Below, one piece after another: positions 59,855 through 64,000 of a stretch of 64,000 nt of DNA. Made by a program: the position numbers and the translations under genes. The stretch lies in NCBI GenBank assembly GCA_934500875.1, contig CAKSTL010000005.1:71671-135670 (forward strand). Direction: 5' to 3'. Origin of the DNA: an uncultured Clostridia bacterium. Lineage in GTDB: Bacteria > Bacillota > Clostridia > UMGS1810. Every line of letters begins with the position of its first letter. Position 1 is the first letter of the stretch. The notes below the pieces were generated by a model. That model did no database searches. It saw only the letters and a list, made by a program, of their open reading frames with translations, and was not told the origin of the DNA.

Positions 59855-61609
59855 ATGATAAATCTTATAAGAAAGCTTAAATTAAAAAATAAAATACTTA
59901 TTTCCTACATTCCCATTGTGCTTATTTTGGTGACAGTGTTTTTTGTGTATAACAAAAGAATTGTAAACAGTTATATAGAAAAACAGCTTATGTATTCGTC
60001 AAAAAATTCGAGCGACCGCACCATTGATTTTATCGAGCAGAAAATAGTGGGTCTTTCAAGCGTTATGAGCTTTATCATTGCCGACCCTGCCGTTGAGGAG
60101 GCGATTTTCTCCGATTATTCAACCCTTGACTATTACGAGCAGTATAATCTTGTGTACCGTCTTGAGCAGAATTTTATTGAAACCATTGAAAAAAACGATT
60201 TGGACAGCATAAAAATTTTTCTGCCCGACGAATTTGAATTCCGCAACGTTGAGTATATCGGAAGCTTTTCGGACGTTGAAAAAAGCGACTGGTACAAGAG
60301 AATGATAGCCGACAAAAAGGCGCTTATGTGCACAAAAGAAACGCTCTCCGACGGCAAAAGCTATATAAGCGTAGGCAGGCTTATCTCGGAAAAAAACAAT
60401 TTTACAAAGCGTATAGCGGCGGTTAAAATTTATATTTCGGAGGAAAAAATAAAAAGTATTCTCGGCAAAAACGCCGTGTCCGACAAAGGCGTAAGCTATA
60501 TTTTAAACGAATACGGCGAGGTTATATGCTCTTCGGATTATGCTCTTTTGGACGAGTACAGAACAAACGAAGCCGTGTTTAAAACCGCACTCGAAAGCCA
60601 GCAGTGGGTGCATACAAACGAGGGCGGAAAAAGGTTTTGTATGGTAAGAAAAATCGACTATCCGAGCTGGTATTTTGTAGACGTTATAAGCGACAGCCTT
60701 CTTACCGACGAGCTTGGGCATCTTAACAGGATTATGGCGCTCAATATGATTGTCGCAATGATTATGGCATATGCGCTGGCATATTTTATTTCACGCTCGG
60801 TAAACAAGCGTATTATAAGGCTTAACACCTCCATTGAGCGTGCGTCAAACGGAAAGTTTGCACCCATAAAGCTTAATGCCGTCGCAAAGGATACGTCGGA
60901 CGAGATTGACGTTTTATCCGAAAATTACAACAAGATGATAAAAGAGCTTGAAAATGCAATGAAACAGCAGTACGAGAACGGTAAAATAATAAAAAATGCC
61001 GAGCTTAAGGTTTTGTACGAACAGATAAATCCGCATTTTCTCTACAACGTTCTCGACCTTATAAACTGGATGGCAATAAACAACGAAACAAAAAATATTT
61101 CGTCCACCGTCACAAAGCTTGCAAATTATTACAAGCTGACGCTCAACAAGGGAAACGAAATTATTTCCATAAGCAACGAGCTTGAACACGTAAGGCTTTA
61201 TTTTGAAATTCAGAAAATACGATTTGAAAATATGGAGCAGATTGTTGTGGATGTTCCGGCAGAGCTTTTGGAATGCAGAATTTTAAAAACCATTTTTCAG
61301 CCCCTTCTTGAAAACTTTATAAAGCACGGTATGAAAGAGGACGACGATTTTAAAGGGATTTTTTCGATAAAGGCAAAGAGTGACAAAGATGACATTATAT
61401 TTACCGTGTCGGACAACGGAGAGGGTATAGAAAAAAGCGTTTTGGCAGCCGTTGAGGACGGCACGTTTGAGAGCAAAAGCGGCAGCGGCTTCGGTTTAAG
61501 AAGCATTAACGAGCGGCTTAAGCTTTTTTACGGCGACGGTTACGGCCTTTCGTTCGGCGACTGCACAAACGGTGCTGTAATTTACGTCAAAATTCCCAGG
61601 GTTGAATGA
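59855..61609 (+). CDS. sensor histidine kinase, YesM/LytS-type (two TM helices, HAMP, His_kinase, HATPase)
   Basis: An N-terminal TM helix, an extracytoplasmic domain and a second TM helix are followed by HAMP. The His-kinase motif INPHFLYN and HATPase G-boxes (DNGEGI, GSGFGL) are present. Confidence 0.8.
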   Translation: MINLIRKLKLKNKILISYIPIVLILVTVFFVYNKRIVNSYIEKQLMYSSKNSSDRTIDFIEQKIVGLSSVMSFIIADPAVEEAIFSDYSTLDYYEQYNLVYRLEQNFIETIEKNDLDSIKIFLPDEFEFRNVEYIGSFSDVEKSDWYKRMIADKKALMCTKETLSDGKSYISVGRLISEKNNFTKRIAAVKIYISEEKIKSILGKNAVSDKGVSYILNEYGEVICSSDYALLDEYRTNEAVFKTALESQQWVHTNEGGKRFCMVRKIDYPSWYFVDVISDSLLTDELGHLNRIMALNMIVAMIMAYALAYFISRSVNKRIIRLNTSIERASNGKFAPIKLNAVAKDTSDEIDVLSENYNKMIKELENAMKQQYENGKIIKNAELKVLYEQINPHFLYNVLDLINWMAINNETKNISSTVTKLANYYKLTLNKGNEIISISNELEHVRLYFEIQKIRFENMEQIVVDVPAELLECRILKTIFQPLLENFIKHGMKEDDDFKGIFSIKAKSDKDDIIFTVSDNGEGIEKSVLAAVEDGTFESKSGSGFGLRSINERLKLFYGDGYGLSFGDCTNGAVIYVKIPRVE

Positions 61610-61810
61610 CGGGCGGAAAATGAATATTTTCGTTTCGTCAAAATTCCCAAAAATAAAAAAATTTTAAAAAACTCTTTTATTTTTTTTCATATAGTGATAT
61701 AATAGTAAAATATGAAATTATAAACTTTAAAGGCGTTGGCCGCTTATTTGATTTGTAAAGGGCATTTTTGATTTTTAAAGTAAAGGCGGCTTTTTAAGGC
61801 AAAATAAAGG

Positions 61811-63082
61811 ATGGGTGAAAATACCTTGGAAAAATTTGTTATAAACGGCGGAAAAGCTCTTTGCGGAAGCGTTGATATTTCGGGTGCAAAAAACGCCGCT
61901 GTTGCAATTATCCCGGCTGCTATTTTAATTGAGGACGAGTGTATTATCGAGAATGTTCCCGATATAAAGGACGTCCGCATTATTTTGGATATTCTTTCAT
62001 CTTTGGGCGCAAAGGTGGAAAAAATTGACGCAAACACCGTAAAAATTGACGCTTCAACCTTAAATACATACATTGCCGAAAAGGAAATGGCGTCAAAAAT
62101 GAGAGCGTCGTATTACCTTCTCGGCGCACTTTGCTCACGTTTCAAAAAGGCGGTTGTGCCTCCTCCGGGCGGCTGCAATTTCGGCATACGTCCCATTGAC
62201 CAGCACATTAAAGGGTTTGAGGCTCTAAACTGCAAAGTTGAAATAAAGCACGGCAGCATTTATGTTGACGGCGAAAATATAAAGGGCGGTCAGGTGTATT
62301 TTGACGTTGTAAGCGTGGGTGCAACCATAAACCTTATGCTTGCGGCGGTGCGTGCGCCGGGCGTTACGGTTATGGAAAATGCGGCAAAAGAGCCGCACAT
62401 TGTTGACGTTGCAAACTTTCTTAATTCTATGGGCGCAAACATAAAGGGCGCAGGAACCGACGTTATAAAAATTACGGGGGTTGAAAAGCTTCACGGCGGA
62501 ACATACGGCGTTATTCCCGACCAGATTGAGGCGGGAACGTATATGTTTGCGGCGGCGGCGACAAGGGGAGATGTTACCATCAAAAACGTAATTCCCAAGC
62601 ATCTTGAGGCGATTACGTCAAAATTTATCGAGATGGGCGTGGACGTTACCGAGGGCGACGACGAAATAAGGGTGTGTGCAAAAGGAAATCTTAATAAAAT
62701 CAACGTTAAAACCCTTCCGTATCCGGGATTTCCCACAGATCTTCAGCCGCCAATGGTGGCGCTTTTAACAACGGTAAACGGCACAAGCATTGTCACCGAA
62801 AGCGTGTGGGATTCACGTTTTCAGTATGTTGCCGAGCTTGAAAAAATGGGTGCGAAAATCACCGTAAACGGCTCTGTTGCGGTTATTGAGGGAGGGCATC
62901 CCCTGACCGGTGCGGACGTAAAATCAACCGACCTTCGTGCGGGCGCAGGCATGGTTATTGCCGCACTTTGCGCAAACGGCACAACCGAGGTTTTAAACGT
63001 TCATCATATTGACAGAGGATACGAAAATATTATAGAAAAACTTACAAATCTCGGAGCGGATATAAAAAGAACAAATGATTAG
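61811..63082 (+). CDS. murA: UDP-N-acetylglucosamine 1-carboxyvinyltransferase
   Basis: The motifs [11 protein letters not shown]...ISGAKNAA are present. The active-site Cys region is CNFGIRP. The length is 423 aa. Confidence 0.95.
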   Translation: MGENTLEKFVINGGKALCGSVDISGAKNAAVAIIPAAILIEDECIIENVPDIKDVRIILDILSSLGAKVEKIDANTVKIDASTLNTYIAEKEMASKMRASYYLLGALCSRFKKAVVPPPGGCNFGIRPIDQHIKGFEALNCKVEIKHGSIYVDGENIKGGQVYFDVVSVGATINLMLAAVRAPGVTVMENAAKEPHIVDVANFLNSMGANIKGAGTDVIKITGVEKLHGGTYGVIPDQIEAGTYMFAAAATRGDVTIKNVIPKHLEAITSKFIEMGVDVTEGDDEIRVCAKGNLNKINVKTLPYPGFPTDLQPPMVALLTTVNGTSIVTESVWDSRFQYVAELEKMGAKITVNGSVAVIEGGHPLTGADVKSTDLRAGAGMVIAALCANGTTEVLNVHHIDRGYENIIEKLTNLGADIKRTND

Positions 63083-63851
63083 ATTTATTACACTGTTCAG
63101 CGGAAGCAGCGGCAATTGCACGCTTATTTCCGGAGGCGACACCAACATTTTAATAGACGCAGGAGTAAGCTGTGCGAGAATTTGCACAGCTCTTTCGCAA
63201 ATCGGGATAAATCCCGGTATGCTGGACGCAATTCTTGTAACGCACGAACATTCGGATCACATAAGCGGTGTAAGGGTTCTGTCAAAAAAGTTCAATATCC
63301 CCGTTTATGCAACCGAAAAAACGATAGAAGCAATGAATCTGTATGACGTATACAGTCATAACATTCGTGTTATCGAGGCGGCAAAGGCGTTTGAAATACG
63401 TGAATTTGAAATTTTTCCGTTTTCCATTCCGCACGACGCCGCAGACCCTGTCGGCTACAGCGTGCTTGCCGAAAACAAGCGTTATACCGTCGCAACCGAT
63501 TTGGGGCATATAAGCGAAAGGCTTTTAAAATGCTTATACCGCAGCGATACGGTGCTGCTTGAGTCAAATCACGATATACAAATGCTTAAAAACGGACGGT
63601 ATTCGTATCCTTTGAAAAAGAGGATTTTGTCTGATTTGGGGCATCTTTCAAACGATAATGCAGCCTGGGCGGCAACGCAGCTTGCAATGTGGGGAACGTG
63701 CAAAATCATACTCGGACATTTGTCGGGCGAGAACAATACCCCCCATCTTGCGTATGAGGCGGCGTACGGTATGCTTGAAAAAAACGGTGCGCAAATCGGC
63801 GGTGATGTGGTGCTTAAGGTTGCGCCGAGAAACGGAATTTTAGAGGTTTGA
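63075..63851 (+). CDS. MBL-fold metallo-hydrolase (YycJ-like)
   Basis: The metal-binding motif HEHSDHISG is present. A beta-lactamase-like fold is predicted for the 258 aa product. Confidence 0.8.
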   Translation: MIRFITLFSGSSGNCTLISGGDTNILIDAGVSCARICTALSQIGINPGMLDAILVTHEHSDHISGVRVLSKKFNIPVYATEKTIEAMNLYDVYSHNIRVIEAAKAFEIREFEIFPFSIPHDAADPVGYSVLAENKRYTVATDLGHISERLLKCLYRSDTVLLESNHDIQMLKNGRYSYPLKKRILSDLGHLSNDNAAWAATQLAMWGTCKIILGHLSGENNTPHLAYEAAYGMLEKNGAQIGGDVVLKVAPRNGILEV

Positions 63852-63888
63852 TTACATATTGTTACATATAATGAAAGGGGTTTTGCAG

Positions 63889-64000
63889 ATGAATAATACG
63901 CCTGTAAACGAGGTTGCGCAAAGAATAAGAGAGCTCAGGGAAGTGTGCGGATATTCAAAAGAAAAGCTTGCAAGGGAGCTTGGAATTGACCCTTCGGTAT
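63889..64000 (+). CDS. XRE-family helix-turn-helix transcriptional regulator, N-terminal fragment (continues beyond window)
   Basis: The N-terminus reads MNNTPVNEVAQRIRELREVCGYSKEKLARELGIDPSV. An HTH_3-like sequence is present. The ORF is open at the window end. Confidence 0.6.
   Translation, partial: MNNTPVNEVAQRIRELREVCGYSKEKLARELGIDPSV

Overview
This 64 kb window looks like a chromosomal segment from a spore-forming Firmicute (class Clostridia). The assignment rests on spoIVB, bofA, the conserved dgt-dnaG-sigA arrangement, SLH-domain proteins and the pyrH-frr-uppS-cdsA-dxr-rseP cluster. About 60 protein-coding genes are supported. I saw no rRNA, tRNA, CRISPR arrays, transposases or integrases.

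Most of the window is core housekeeping:
- replication and transcription: dgt, dnaG, sigA
- recombination and repair: mutS2, recA, recX
- a partial oxidative TCA branch: aconitase, isocitrate dehydrogenase and the redox regulator rex in one apparent operon
- isoprenoid and lipid metabolism: uppS, cdsA, dxr, pgsA
- a tightly coupled ten-gene run: aroB-aroA-aroC-pheA-aroE-aroQ-aroK-leuA-cimA-comEA

The clearly accessory part is a cell-surface locus at about 27.9-35.7 kb. It encodes two secreted Ig/CnaB-like proteins whose C-termini carry dockerin-like Ca-binding motifs. It also encodes two paralogous proteins with a signal peptide, a cohesin-like N-terminal domain and three C-terminal S-layer-homology repeats. 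Together these read as a compact cohesin-dockerin surface-display system with no obvious catalytic cargo. The cohesin and dockerin calls are domain inferences from motifs read by eye.

Other points of interest:
- An imperfect palindromic repeat of about 47 bp occurs intact at 15045-15091. At 33988-34267 its two arms flank a 221 bp AT-rich insert between the two paralogous surface genes, which looks MITE-like.
- An 857 bp ORF-free divergent region lies upstream of a G5/3D-domain cell-wall protein.
- A 30-codon Phe/Tyr-rich ORF precedes the shikimate operon.
- A YesM-type histidine kinase sits divergent from a GH2 beta-galactosidase with no cognate response regulator nearby.

All calls are from reading the translations and DNA motifs by eye. 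No database searches were run.
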